Translations under genes and position numbers: made by a program
From: Gammaproteobacteria bacterium
GTDB lineage: Bacteria; Pseudomonadota; Gammaproteobacteria; JAJFKG01
Assembly (NCBI GenBank): GCA_965116795.1
Contig: OZ220716.1
Location: forward strand, 1,514,503-1,578,502
Length of the DNA stretch: 64,000 bases
Direction of reading: 5' to 3'
Shown here: one piece after another, positions 10,901-20,095 of the stretch
How the letters are laid out: each line of letters opens with the position of its first letter
Numbering within the stretch: position 1 is the stretch's first letter
Notes under the pieces: model-generated
Told to the model about the DNA's origin: nothing
Database searches by the model: none
The model's input: only the letters and a program-made list of their open reading frames with translations

Positions 10901-11435
10901 GTTCTTTACCAGCGATATACACCCGATTGACATCGCTTAATGCATTGCCTGTTTGGGTGGTCCAAAACAAGGCGGCTAAGGTAATGTGCGTGCCCTCTTC
11001 GCTGTGGTATTGGGCGTGCAATCCACTGAGGACGGTGCCGGTGCGTTTGTGTTTGATAGCGGTGCGCGTGCCATCGTGCACGGAGCCGAAATGGCCACGC
11101 ATGTAAGATAATAAGCTCCTGTCATTACGTTCTCCTTGGCTGGCGGCGATATTAAAGGTGGCGCGTCCGGCTGGCAATAGCAGTGCCATCAAGCCATCGA
11201 CTAGGGTGGATTTACCGGCACCATTGTCGCCGGTGATGAGGGTCCCATTGGGATCAATGGTGGCGATATGCAAGCCATTAAAGGAGCCCCAATTGTATAC
11301 TGACAAAGTTTGCAGACGAATTTGTCCGGTGGCAAACAGTGTTTGGGTTGTGGTGAGTTGATGATTGGTTTTAATCGTATCATCATCAATGTGGTTAACG
11401 TGCTCAACGTGTTCAGCGGGTGTTGTGTTCGTCAT
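7968..11435 (-). CDS. jetC: Wadjet SMC-like ATPase JetC
   Basis: Walker A GDNGAGKST, long coiled coils, signature KSGGE, Walker B VFLDEAF; operon position; start may be 11450. Confidence 0.92.
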   Translation of the reverse strand: MTNTTPAEHVEHVNHIDDDTIKTNHQLTTTQTLFATGQIRLQTLSVYNWGSFNGLHIATIDPNGTLITGDNGAGKSTLVDGLMALLLPAGRATFNIAASQGERNDRSLLSYMRGHFGSVHDGTRTAIKHKRTGTVLSGLHAQYHSEEGTHITLAALFWTTQTGNALSDVNRVYIAGKEPISLQAMLNAFTDGHSRGLKRWLKQHTQLQCFDDHFSHYQACYRQLLHMENKNAPALLARALGLKKIDDLTALIRELVLEPGTLKEDARNAVTEFTDLVATRNQLLDAKAQCDHLNKLPHLQQAITKAEKTYTQLIEERDGLPIYMADMAVHHWQANIERWQKDYAALTDRIKEANQHEIDVTEQVEQRHADYLQAGGERIEAIKKDLTHAQARLTQVQHRATQYQTDTKALGLDLTLDKTTFTQHQQQIIQQQRQLSEDTHQAQDRFATVSATFSQLQTEQRAIQEELTHIKARPDSNIAMNYQQLRDELRQALELSIENCPFIGELLDVKDAEHQWQGAIECAFGGLRTTLLVRDRDFPLVTRWLNVRYTGLHVRIQQVIKTNVQQIKPWKSNGYLHKLHWREHPYQAWLQHHLARFDLHCVMTTTELDNTPFSMTQAGLIHRERGRAEKKDQVKIDDRRHWCLGFSNKTRLKLLEDEQQQLKIKLNEMQVALTQARDALNTINKKRQYWDKLQTYQWDDIDVPRWQAKVDQLHVDLTALERSDGNLAQAKQRWQHAKQTLLAIRTAKEHDIKQAGELANTLQSGISKRDEATQLANVGLTEPIAQRLSQRLDKLEASLLEQLTVLTHQHQRTIEQALEQCREQKASLEKSAIRIMASFRSHEKWQVIAADWRCDIASLTDYIEHLHKIEQEGLPALVDKFVTRLNKHTTQSLARIRQQLQVARDDIIDKIETINHVLKRTEFRQGTYLKLGTKQEHYPHVKVLNQQLSAVLSQVTSDDHDARFQQLQEVITILEKASHPSTANTLESLRLLDPRYQLAFHADELAIGTNEVRDVLASSSGKSGGEKEAFAGTIVAASLAYVLTPDGHDKPVYSTVFLDEAFSNTAEAVSRRVLRVFKALHIHVNLITPYKNLNLARESARSLLIVERDITQHDSRLCEVTWEEVDAQLAKHREQRTQQAAQALGITLTEETHDN

Positions 11436-12126
11436 AATGAGGCCTGTCATTGGGATTGGGTTCAGAAGAAAGTTCAATGTTGTGTTTTTCTGCCAATTGT
11501 TGGTAGTCAGCGAGCATCGTTTCTAAGAAATCGGCGTTGACCACATAGCGTATCACGGGAGTAATTTCAAAACGGGCTTCACTGCCCCGCACCGCAGTGA
11601 GCAACCGCTTTTCAACCAATTTCTGCAACGTGGCGAGTAGCTTTTGTCGTGCCAGTTTATAACTGTTGATAAGTGGCATAAAGGGGCACAAGTACGATTC
11701 CATGCGGTCAATATCGATGATAATGCGTTGTTCGCCTGCGGTTTCGCGCTCTTGATAATGTTTGCGTAAGATTAATAGCACGATAGTGTCATACAAAGAG
11801 AGTGTGCGTCGTGTCAACAATGAAGGCAGGTCATTGGTGTTAACCGTATCATCATCAGTAGACTCATCGATACTGGCAATAAAGGCCACCCCGGCGGCCT
11901 CATCTAACACCAGGAGTAGATACATATCGGCTAAGTGTTGGCGCAAGGGTTGTTGATAGCGACACACGTTCTGAAAGTGATGAGCAGATTGCTTGGCTAA
12001 GATGACGCCATGACGCAGCAAACGGATTAACACGTGACGTGCCTCGTGTGGCAATTGGCCGCAAGGGATTGCTGGTGGCTGCGTTTCAGCAGGCGTGTCT
12101 TTGGGTGTTAATGCTAATTCAGCCAT
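11413..12126 (-). CDS. jetB: Wadjet JetB (DUF4194)
   Basis: LADMYLLLVLDEAAGVAF, LSLYDTIVLLILRKHY, RFEITPVIR; between jetA and jetC. Confidence 0.85.
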   Translation of the reverse strand: MAELALTPKDTPAETQPPAIPCGQLPHEARHVLIRLLRHGVILAKQSAHHFQNVCRYQQPLRQHLADMYLLLVLDEAAGVAFIASIDESTDDDTVNTNDLPSLLTRRTLSLYDTIVLLILRKHYQERETAGEQRIIIDIDRMESYLCPFMPLINSYKLARQKLLATLQKLVEKRLLTAVRGSEARFEITPVIRYVVNADFLETMLADYQQLAEKHNIELSSEPNPNDRPHYDEHNTR

Positions 12127-13574
12127 GGGGTTGCCTCGGTTGCAAATAAATCGGGATGGAGTTGATAGGTAGGCAGAGTAGCACGTAAACAATGGCCGCT
12201 GGGCTCCCATAGGGTGACTTGTTCATGTTGCGGTAATTCAACGGCATTAACGGATTTGGCTACACGCACATACGTGACCAATTCTTCTAATCCGGCGCTG
12301 ATGGGATGATAGGCGATGATATTGGCGAGTGTCATTGCGCCATGCTCAACTAGTATTGTTTGAATGCGTTTGGCAATGCTGTCGATGGGGACCGTCTCTA
12401 AGTGGGCTAATACCGCTAACGCCGGTGTGCGGTGATTGGTTTGCGGTGTAATATCGGTGATGGGCAGTGTTGATTCAGCTGAGCGTAACTGCAGAGTCTC
12501 TGGTGCGGTGATTTTAGCGGTGCCGGTTGGTAGCTGCAAAGCGGTGCGGTGTTTGAGGGTAACCCCTTGCTGGGTTAAGGTGACGGCAGCCTGCTCTAGT
12601 TGGTTGAGTAATTGATTCACTGCACGTTGCTCAAGGGCGGCGCCGCTTTCAATATAGGCACGTAAACTCTCTTCACTGCGCCTGCGAATATGAAAGACCC
12701 GCTCACTTTCACCGGTTAATGAAGGCATCAACCGGGTTAGATAGTGTTTGTGTTGTGGATGCAAGCTATTTGCTACGGGTTGCTTGAGGATATCACGCAA
12801 TTGTTCGGTTAACTCCAATGCGCGGTGTTCATCACACAATAATTGAAAAAAGCCATCGAAGGCTCGCCCGGCATCGGTGGTGGTGAGCTTGGCTTCTTGT
12901 TCTAAGACAGATTTGAGGACATCACCGCGTCCAGCGTGCTCTGCAATCATATCGGTGCGCACAGTGCGCTCTAATTGACGAATATCATCTTCAAGGCGGC
13001 GAAAATCATAAGTGAGCGCATAGGCTAATTGATAAATATCGGTTAAGCGCTCGCTTTGCTCATTGGCAGATAAGGTCTGCACATCGCCACGCTGCAGTGC
13101 ATCAATCTCGTGTTGAATGGCGGTTTTTTTCTCTTCGAGCAAGGTAATACGCGCACGGGTATCTGGGTTGATAGCAATGGCTAAATCGCGCACGGCTTGT
13201 TGGACGATACGCAAACGTGAGGCAGTGGTGCCGGTTGTGCGTTGGGCTAATCCTTGGCAAAAACGCAAGGCCACTTCACTGGCATCGGTTTTGGTGAGGG
13301 TATCGTCCATTTCACGTAACCAACCGGCGTGTATCCATTGATTCAAATAGGTGCTTGCCGACGTTTGGGACTCCCAGGTGCCAAGGGATTGAAGACGTTG
13401 TAGTTCGGTGGTTAAGGTAACGCGTGCTTGGTCGTAAGGGACTTCGTTGGTGTTGGCAAAGGCCGTGGTTAAAAAAGTCAAGATAATAGGCGCGTTATCA
13501 GCACGTAGCAAACGCCATGCCCCGCTTTCATGCAGTAAACGACAAGAGCGGGCGTAGTGTTGTTGAAAGCTCAC
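12114..13574 (-). CDS. jetA: Wadjet JetA (DUF3375)
   Basis: AWRLLRADNAP, YLNQWIHAGWL, TASRL, DFRRLE, GRAFDGFFQLL; GTG start after AGGAG (alternative start 13610). Confidence 0.88.
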   Translation of the reverse strand: MSFQQHYARSCRLLHESGAWRLLRADNAPIILTFLTTAFANTNEVPYDQARVTLTTELQRLQSLGTWESQTSASTYLNQWIHAGWLREMDDTLTKTDASEVALRFCQGLAQRTTGTTASRLRIVQQAVRDLAIAINPDTRARITLLEEKKTAIQHEIDALQRGDVQTLSANEQSERLTDIYQLAYALTYDFRRLEDDIRQLERTVRTDMIAEHAGRGDVLKSVLEQEAKLTTTDAGRAFDGFFQLLCDEHRALELTEQLRDILKQPVANSLHPQHKHYLTRLMPSLTGESERVFHIRRRSEESLRAYIESGAALEQRAVNQLLNQLEQAAVTLTQQGVTLKHRTALQLPTGTAKITAPETLQLRSAESTLPITDITPQTNHRTPALAVLAHLETVPIDSIAKRIQTILVEHGAMTLANIIAYHPISAGLEELVTYVRVAKSVNAVELPQHEQVTLWEPSGHCLRATLPTYQLHPDLFATEATPWLN

Positions 13575-13861
13575 AGGTGACTCACTCCTTGCAGGCTGGT
13601 GCTTTGACAATGCATAGTGGTTATTGTTGTGTCAATTTAAAGCCGTGATTGAAAGGTTATATACCAGCTTACCTAAGGCATTACTCTAATGCATTTGGGG
13701 TAGGGTATGCAATACAGTTAGATGATGTCGAGTTGCCTGTAACTTAATTTGGTAACTATCGTTGCCAAATATATTTGGTTTGCTTAATATGGTTTCCAGT
13801 ATAGAGAAGCCTTTTCATTTAGGCTTGCTGAAACATAATTTTGGTCATCAAGGAGAACGTT

Positions 13862-14896
13862 ATGCCAAGTCAATCTAAGCAAAAGCTTGAAGCAGCTAGC
13901 TATTTTAAAAAAGGACGTGAATATCAAAAAGCAAATAATCATGAGAAAGCGTTTGAATATTATCAATTGAGCGCAGAAAAAGGCGGTGTAGATGCGCAAT
14001 TTAACTTAGGATCAATGTATTATTCTGGCAATGGGGTTGAACAAGATTACAAGGCAGCGAAAAAGTACTTTCGTTCAGCCGCAGCACGAGGAGATGCGGC
14101 TGCTCAGCATATGTTAGGACGCATGTATGCAAAAGGCATGGGTGTACCACAATGTTATCAAAAGGCGATGACTCTATACGAATTAGGTGCAGCCCAAGGA
14201 GACAGTAAGTCGCAAAGTGCGCTTGCGTTAATGTATAAAGAAGGACGCGGTGTGCCAAAAAATTACGCCAAAGCGCTTAAATGGAATTTATTAAGCGCCC
14301 AACAAGGAGATATGGTGTCTCAATGTAATTTAGGCAATATGTATAAAAAGGGATTAGGTGTTGCCCAAGATTACAAAGAAGCGGTACGTTGGTATCAACT
14401 GAGCGTTGACCAGGGAGCCGATGTTGCCTGCTATCAGTTGGGTGATATGTATGAAAATAGCGCGGGCGGCATCTTTGGCGTCAGAAAAAATAGGCCAAAA
14501 GCGGCTTTATTGTATAAGATGGCAGTAGAGCGAGGCTATCAACCAGCACAAGCTCGTTTGGACGCATTACGCCAACAAGGTATAGAGCCTGCCATGAATC
14601 TGAAACCCGCTAAGAAGAAGCAACCCCAGCTAGAAGAGACAGAGCAGAATAGTGGAGGTAGCAAACGTAAAGCGAAAACGCCCTTAGAGAAAGGGGCTAA
14701 AGTCAGAAAAATAAATAGTGATGCTGACACATCACCAAAAGAAAGTGTAAGTGTGTTACATTCGTCAATGTCATCGGCGTTCTTTAATTCATCTTCAAAA
14801 ACGTCATCGGATAAATTGCCATCAACAACGGCAGTGGACGGTGATGATCATCAACAACTGTCAAAACAACCGTCGTTTTCTACAGGAGAGGGTTAA
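13862..14896 (+). CDS. Sel1-repeat protein with disordered basic/Ser-rich C-terminal tail (effector-like)
   Basis: About 6 repeats AQFNLGxMYxxGxGVxQDYxxAxxWYxxAAxQG; AAGGAG RBS. Confidence 0.85.
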   Translation: MPSQSKQKLEAASYFKKGREYQKANNHEKAFEYYQLSAEKGGVDAQFNLGSMYYSGNGVEQDYKAAKKYFRSAAARGDAAAQHMLGRMYAKGMGVPQCYQKAMTLYELGAAQGDSKSQSALALMYKEGRGVPKNYAKALKWNLLSAQQGDMVSQCNLGNMYKKGLGVAQDYKEAVRWYQLSVDQGADVACYQLGDMYENSAGGIFGVRKNRPKAALLYKMAVERGYQPAQARLDALRQQGIEPAMNLKPAKKKQPQLEETEQNSGGSKRKAKTPLEKGAKVRKINSDADTSPKESVSVLHSSMSSAFFNSSSKTSSDKLPSTTAVDGDDHQQLSKQPSFSTGEG

Positions 14897-14900
14897 TGCC

Positions 14901-15548
14901 ATGCCTAATAGTCAATATGCTTCACTGCATCAAGCTGCTTTTGAAGGAGATATCGAGGCTGTAAAGAAATTCATTGATAGTAAAGCCATTGATGTTAATA
15001 GAAAGGGCGTTCATTTTGAAAACAATACACCGCTATATATCGTAGCTGCACGAGATCATGAAGAGATTGTTCAGTTGTTGTTTGCACATCAGGCTGATGT
15101 TGCTATCAAAAATGATGAAGGCAATACAGCACTGCATATTGCTGCTGCATTGGGCCATAAAGAGATTGTTGAGTTGTTGCTACAGAACGGTGCTAGCATT
15201 GATGCAAAAAACAATGCAGGTGATACGGCACTGCATTTGGCTATTAAACGAGGACACACAGCGGTTCTGAGAGTGTTATTGCAACAAGGCGCTGATATGA
15301 CCGCTTTAAATAAAGCAGACAATACACCGCTACATTCAGCTGCTAATCGTGTTGAAATCTTAGGAAAAGGTGTTATAGCAGGATTGCTTGAGTTTGGTGC
15401 TGATATAATGGCTATCCACAAAGAAGGCAATACACCATTACATTTGGCCGCTCAGCGTGGTTATGCTAACAGTATTCGGATGTTACTTGAAGCGCGTAGT
15501 AGCGATGCTGTTGTTATGCTTTCTACATTAATAGAAGTTACGCATTGA
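14901..15548 (+). CDS. Ankyrin-repeat protein, 3'-truncated by IS701
   Basis: About 6 repeats GNTALHxAA..GH..IV..LL..GA; last codons (IEVTH-stop) lie in the IS701 TIR. Confidence 0.85.
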   Translation: MPNSQYASLHQAAFEGDIEAVKKFIDSKAIDVNRKGVHFENNTPLYIVAARDHEEIVQLLFAHQADVAIKNDEGNTALHIAAALGHKEIVELLLQNGASIDAKNNAGDTALHLAIKRGHTAVLRVLLQQGADMTALNKADNTPLHSAANRVEILGKGVIAGLLEFGADIMAIHKEGNTPLHLAAQRGYANSIRMLLEARSSDAVVMLSTLIEVTH

Positions 15549-16233
15549 CGTCAGCGAAAAACTGTGGATTCATATGTTCCATATTTGGTATAAATGCCTT
15601 AATAAAATTAACAATGACCTCATTAAATAATTCACGCTGCAATTGATAGCAGTTCATAATGACTTGTGTTGCACGCATCTGCTGAAGTTTCACATAGCCA
15701 CAAATTGCCGAAAAGATGTGATTTTTAACAGCAGTCTTGTTGCGAACCTGAAAACTCTCAATATTGCATACCTGCTTAATTGTTCGGTGATACTGCTCAA
15801 TCTGCCAATGTTGTTCATGTAATTTCTCAAAATGGACACTTGAAAAATTAGCTAGCACTCTGTCAGGAGTTTGTTTGCTATCTTGACTGTCTAAGTAAAC
15901 TGCATAATGGCGTACCTGTTCTTTTAAGCGCGTCCGAAATACCTTTACAAATCCAAAATCTCGCAACCAAACAATCCGACTCTCATCTGCTATATCTAAG
16001 GTCCGGACCTGAACCCAGGTGCCTTTCTCAATAGATACCAAACGATTACTTTCCAGAGCAGTTAAAAATCCCATCCGATGGTTCCTTATCGTCTTTAAAT
16101 TTTTAACACAACTGTACCAGCTATCCATGCTAACAAATGATGGTTTTATTCGTATGCTTCCAGCAACAGTGCGTGCATAGAGTTTTTTGATCAGTTAGCC
16201 TGATGTTGTTAACAATATCAGGAGAACACTTTG

Positions 16234-16671
16234 ATGCAATCAAGAAAATCCAAAAAGGTCAGCTCAACGCTTCGTGCTGAGCAACAGACTACAAATGCGG
16301 TATTATTCCGTCAATTACAGCAGCAATTTGAACAATGGCGTGCTAACAAATCCAGACATGATCCTGTTCCACCTGCATTGTGCCAAGCGGCTATTAGAGC
16401 CATTGATAATGGCATGCCCTTCTCAAAACTCAAGTTGTTGAGAGTGAACCATTCGCAACTAAAACGCTGGCGTGAGCAAAAAGCTGTGTCAAGCCAAACA
16501 ACGTCACACTTTGTCACTGTCGAACCCATTGATAACACGGCAGCAGTGGCAAGCACCCCAATGCAAACTACGGCTTGTGAATTGAAACTCCACTACCCAC
16601 ACGGCCTACGTGTTGATATTCGCGTAGGTGATGTCACATCAGCCGCCCAACTATTAAAAACACTCTGCTGA
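16234..16671 (+). CDS. tnpA: IS66 accessory protein TnpA-like
   Basis: First ORF inside the IS66 TIR; HTH-like region and HFVTV..ELKLHYPHGLRV C-terminus; AGGAG RBS. Confidence 0.75.
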   Translation: MQSRKSKKVSSTLRAEQQTTNAVLFRQLQQQFEQWRANKSRHDPVPPALCQAAIRAIDNGMPFSKLKLLRVNHSQLKRWREQKAVSSQTTSHFVTVEPIDNTAAVASTPMQTTACELKLHYPHGLRVDIRVGDVTSAAQLLKTLC

Positions 16672-16681
16672 GGATAAACCG

Positions 16682-17044
16682 ATGTTACAAATAACGCCTC
16701 AACACCGTATTTTATTAGCCAAAGACCCGGTTGACTTCAGAGCCGGTATCGAAGGTTTATGCAGACTTTGCCAAGCTAAAATGGGTAGTAACCCCTTTAA
16801 TAGCACGGTATTTGTTTTTACTAATCGTCGTCGTAATGCTATCAAACTGCTCACTTACGATGGCCAAGGTTTCTGGCTGTGTCATAAACGACTTTCTAGC
16901 GGACGACTTCAATGGTGGCCGCAAGATAACAACGACGCGATCCAATTAACCGCCAGTACGTTAAACATTTTGTTGTATAATGGCAATCCCATTACCGCTA
17001 ATTGTCAACAACATTGGAAACCCCTGCCTGCCAAAGCCGCCTAA
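16682..17044 (+). CDS. tnpB: IS66 accessory protein TnpB
   Basis: PVDFRAGIEGL, VFVFTNRRRNAIKLLTYDGQGFWLCHKRLSSGRLQWWP. Confidence 0.92.
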   Translation: MLQITPQHRILLAKDPVDFRAGIEGLCRLCQAKMGSNPFNSTVFVFTNRRRNAIKLLTYDGQGFWLCHKRLSSGRLQWWPQDNNDAIQLTASTLNILLYNGNPITANCQQHWKPLPAKAA

Positions 17045-18677
17045 GCGGCTTTGGCTAATGTCTCGGTATTGAGTGTCTCCTTATAACACCAAGGCAACCA
17101 ATCCGTGGCACAATCACCTAATTCGTCTTTATATAACAATATACTTTGCAAATAATCCACCGGGTCAACACCGGCATATTGTGCCGTGAATAATAGGCTC
17201 ATTAATGCATCGCCAATCATGGCACCATACGTTGTGCGATATTGTTGCGAATTCTTACGGTACATTACCGGTGCAATCTTAATTAAACGTTCCGTGTCGT
17301 TATTGTCTATAATGGCCCCGGGTACCGATAAAAATAACGTTAGCGGTTGAAAATGCTTGCGCATATAGTTGATGGCTTTACCACCACTGCTGTTAGGCTC
17401 TGCCCAGCGTTTTTTAATACACTTATCCAAAAATCGGTGCAACCGTTTCATCACCGGCTTGGAGTGACGCCGATGATAATGCAGGCGTTGCTCTTTCGTA
17501 TAGTCATTGGCTTTACAATGGCGCTCGTGTTGGTACACCTGGCCAATCCACGCTAACACCGGTTGACACACGTTGGGATAAACGTCTTTACACTCGAAAA
17601 AATAACGCCTAGCATGGGTCAAGCAATAGCTAACTTGCGTCTTTTCGGCAATGGATTCTTGTTTGATGCGGTTTCGACTCAGTGCGTCTGACATTAAAAT
17701 AACATCCGCTAAGTCAGCGTTACGTTTGCGCAATAACGCTGTGATATTCTCGCCAGCATGCGAGCGACCTGTAAATACTAATATGACTTCGTTGTTGTCA
17801 CCAACTTTTGAAATGACTGCTGTGGTAAACAGTCCGCGACGCGCTTTTTCTTCTAGTTGCTGGTTTTCTAACGCTAAGCTTTGGACCCTCGCTGTTGTAT
17901 CATCATACTGGATTAACTCGCCATTGGCTGCAATACGTTGCAAGGCTTGATAAACTGGAAACACTTGATTAAATACCGTTTCCATGCACGCAAATTGATT
18001 CGATGTCGGCAATGGAATACCTTGTGCTTCGTGGTACTTTGCTATGCGATAAAAGGGCAAACCAAATACATAGTGATTCACCGCTAATACGGCTTTGAAG
18101 CTATCGCTATAGACCGCTTTGCCACACGCTTTAGGTAAAGGCACGGTAAATAAGGTTAAACACAATCCGCAACGATAGACTTCTCGTTCATAACGCACAA
18201 CCCGCGCCATCGGTTGGCCTAACAAACGGATCACCTTTGATGGTTTATTCCATAAATACAGACGACCTTGGCAATCAATATGCAGGCAGGGTGCCCCTGA
18301 GTAGTAACGTTCATCTGTCACTTTGATAACCTCTGCAGCAACATAATCATCCGCTCCATGACGCCCATGCCCTTTGTTTTTCTCCTTGGGGACATCTGTT
18401 TCCTGAACAGTGTCAGGTTGCTTTGGCTCTTTGTCACAAGCGCTGGATGACGTCGATGTACCCGTTAACCCTTTTTTTCGCAACAACTCCCGAATAATCT
18501 CTTCAATCGTCGGATACTCAGCTTTGCTTCGATTAATTGCCCTTGTAACCAAAATACCATTCGCAAGGCACTGTTGCATACTTTGCGATCGGCTTCTGAT
18601 AGATTACTTGTTTCAAGTCGCGACAGTAACGACTCTGCCTCCGCATGACTTAAATCGATCGTTTCTGGTTTCTTCAT
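17041..18677 (-). CDS. tnpC: IS66 DDE transposase TnpC, two ORFs (18677-18465, then to 17041) joined by a probable -1 frameshift
   Basis: LFG..EK leucine-zipper end, Zn finger C..C/RCGLC, YDDT, MSDAL, CLTHARRYF, IDNNDTER; A_AAA_AAG slippery site at about 18471-18478. Confidence 0.88.
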
Positions 18678-19611
18678 AACATAATCCCTGTTGCTTACAT
18701 CGGTCAGTCACCAATAACTTAACCTGGAGGCAAGTCTGATCCCATTAAATGCAAATTGCAAGGGCAGATAAATTACATAGAAGAAAAATTGCAACAGCAA
18801 AATGTTAAAAACAAATTGCCCCTACACAGAATAGTTGGCAAATGCAACATCGTCACGCAACGTTACTGGAAGCATACTTTTATTCCCCAAGATAAAACTT
18901 CTGACAACATCTCTAAAAAATAATCATTTTTCGTTTTATCTTCCGATTTGTCATATACTCGAAAGTTCACCGGCTGATGATTACCTTGTCGGTCTGTGTA
19001 ATATAATGTGACCAAGTTGATGCCTTTCACCGGCTTATGATGTTTGCCTGAGTAAAAATATCCTACATAACCAATGTAATTTGAATAAGGTTTATCTAAT
19101 ACTGAATCATCTACACTCAATGTTCCTCCTGCTAAATTCAGCGTCGATTTCGCTTCATCAAACATATCCTTTGGGCTATAGCATTCTCTATTTAAAAATC
19201 GATTTACACTGTCATGAGATATATTCAGTAACTGACTCAATCGCAAGCAGCTTGTTGCATTTGGTTCGCTTAATAAAAAACCTATATACATCGGCAATGT
19301 ACACCGCGATGTCGATGGGCGTGTGATATGCCTGATCATTTTGCATTCCCTTGAGCTGAATTTCTCCACAAATTATTATCATCATTAATTGCTAGGCGTC
19401 AATGCGTAACTTCTACTTTCTTATATCATGACTGAACTCACCAAAGTCAGCAACTGCAAAGAAGGCTATGTGGCTGTGGCCAATTCGGTAATACGAGCAT
19501 TTAGCACCAGCAGTAATCTGGTCAATGTTCCCAGTCCGCATGTGACTGTTGAAGGTGGATTAGTACGACATTCTTAATAATCAAAGCAATCCACAAAGAT
19601 GAAACAACAAC

Positions 19612-20085
19612 ATGATTACATGGCCAGACAAACTGCCTTTCCCCACGGTTGAGGGTTACAGCATTCAACCAGGTGATGCGATTGTGCGTACGGACATGGA
19701 GGCGGGCAGTGCTCGCCAACGTCGTCGTTTTACGCAAGTCCCTAGTCGTATCCAAGTACGCTGGTTAATGTCACAAACCCAGTTTGCGCTATTCGAAGCC
19801 TGGTATAGGTGGGAGGCTCGCGAGGGTGGTGCCTGGTTTGATATCACATTATTAGGTGGCTTAGGGTTGTTATCGCAACAAGCGCGCTTTACCCAGGCTT
19901 TTCAAACACAATTAGTCACCGGCACGTTATGGGAAATTCGTACTGAGCTTGAAGTGCGCGAACGCCCTGTGCTTAATCATGACACGTTACATCTGTTGTT
20001 AACCGAAGATTTGCAAGGATTGATGAATGCCATCGATAGCTTGCACCAATTGGTACATCGCATGTTGCCCGTGAATTTTCATTAA
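19612..20085 (+). CDS. Phage minor tail protein
   Basis: WPDKLPFP..GY, RTDMEAGSARQRRRFT, FEAWY..GGAWF; first gene of the tail cluster. Confidence 0.7.
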   Translation: MITWPDKLPFPTVEGYSIQPGDAIVRTDMEAGSARQRRRFTQVPSRIQVRWLMSQTQFALFEAWYRWEAREGGAWFDITLLGGLGLLSQQARFTQAFQTQLVTGTLWEIRTELEVRERPVLNHDTLHLLLTEDLQGLMNAIDSLHQLVHRMLPVNFH

Positions 20086-20095
20086 GGTTTATCTA

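Larger units (their letters stand above)
16152..18877 (+). mobile_element. IS66-family element, copy 1 (atypical convergent tnpC)
   Basis: TIR GTATGCTTCCAG / CTGGAAGCATAC; 8-bp duplication TTTTATTC (16144-16151 and 18878-18885). Confidence 0.92.
15538..19339 (-). pseudogene. IS701 transposase split by IS66 (N-part 19339-18878, C-part 16143-15538)
   Basis: SHDSVNRFL, SVDDSVLDKPYS, SGKHH, DSWY, HWQIEQYHRTIKQ; rejoins in frame ..SWGIK|PSFVSMDSWY. Confidence 0.88.
15532..19415 (-). mobile_element. IS701-family element carrying a nested IS66
   Basis: TIRs TAGAAGTTACGCATTGACG / CGTCAATGCGTAACTTCTA; no flanking duplication (ATTAA vs CTTTC). Confidence 0.85.

Noticed and set aside
16682-17044. TnpB as an RNA-guided nuclease
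   Set aside because: This is the 120-aa IS66 accessory TnpB, unrelated to IS200/IS605 TnpB; no RuvC motifs
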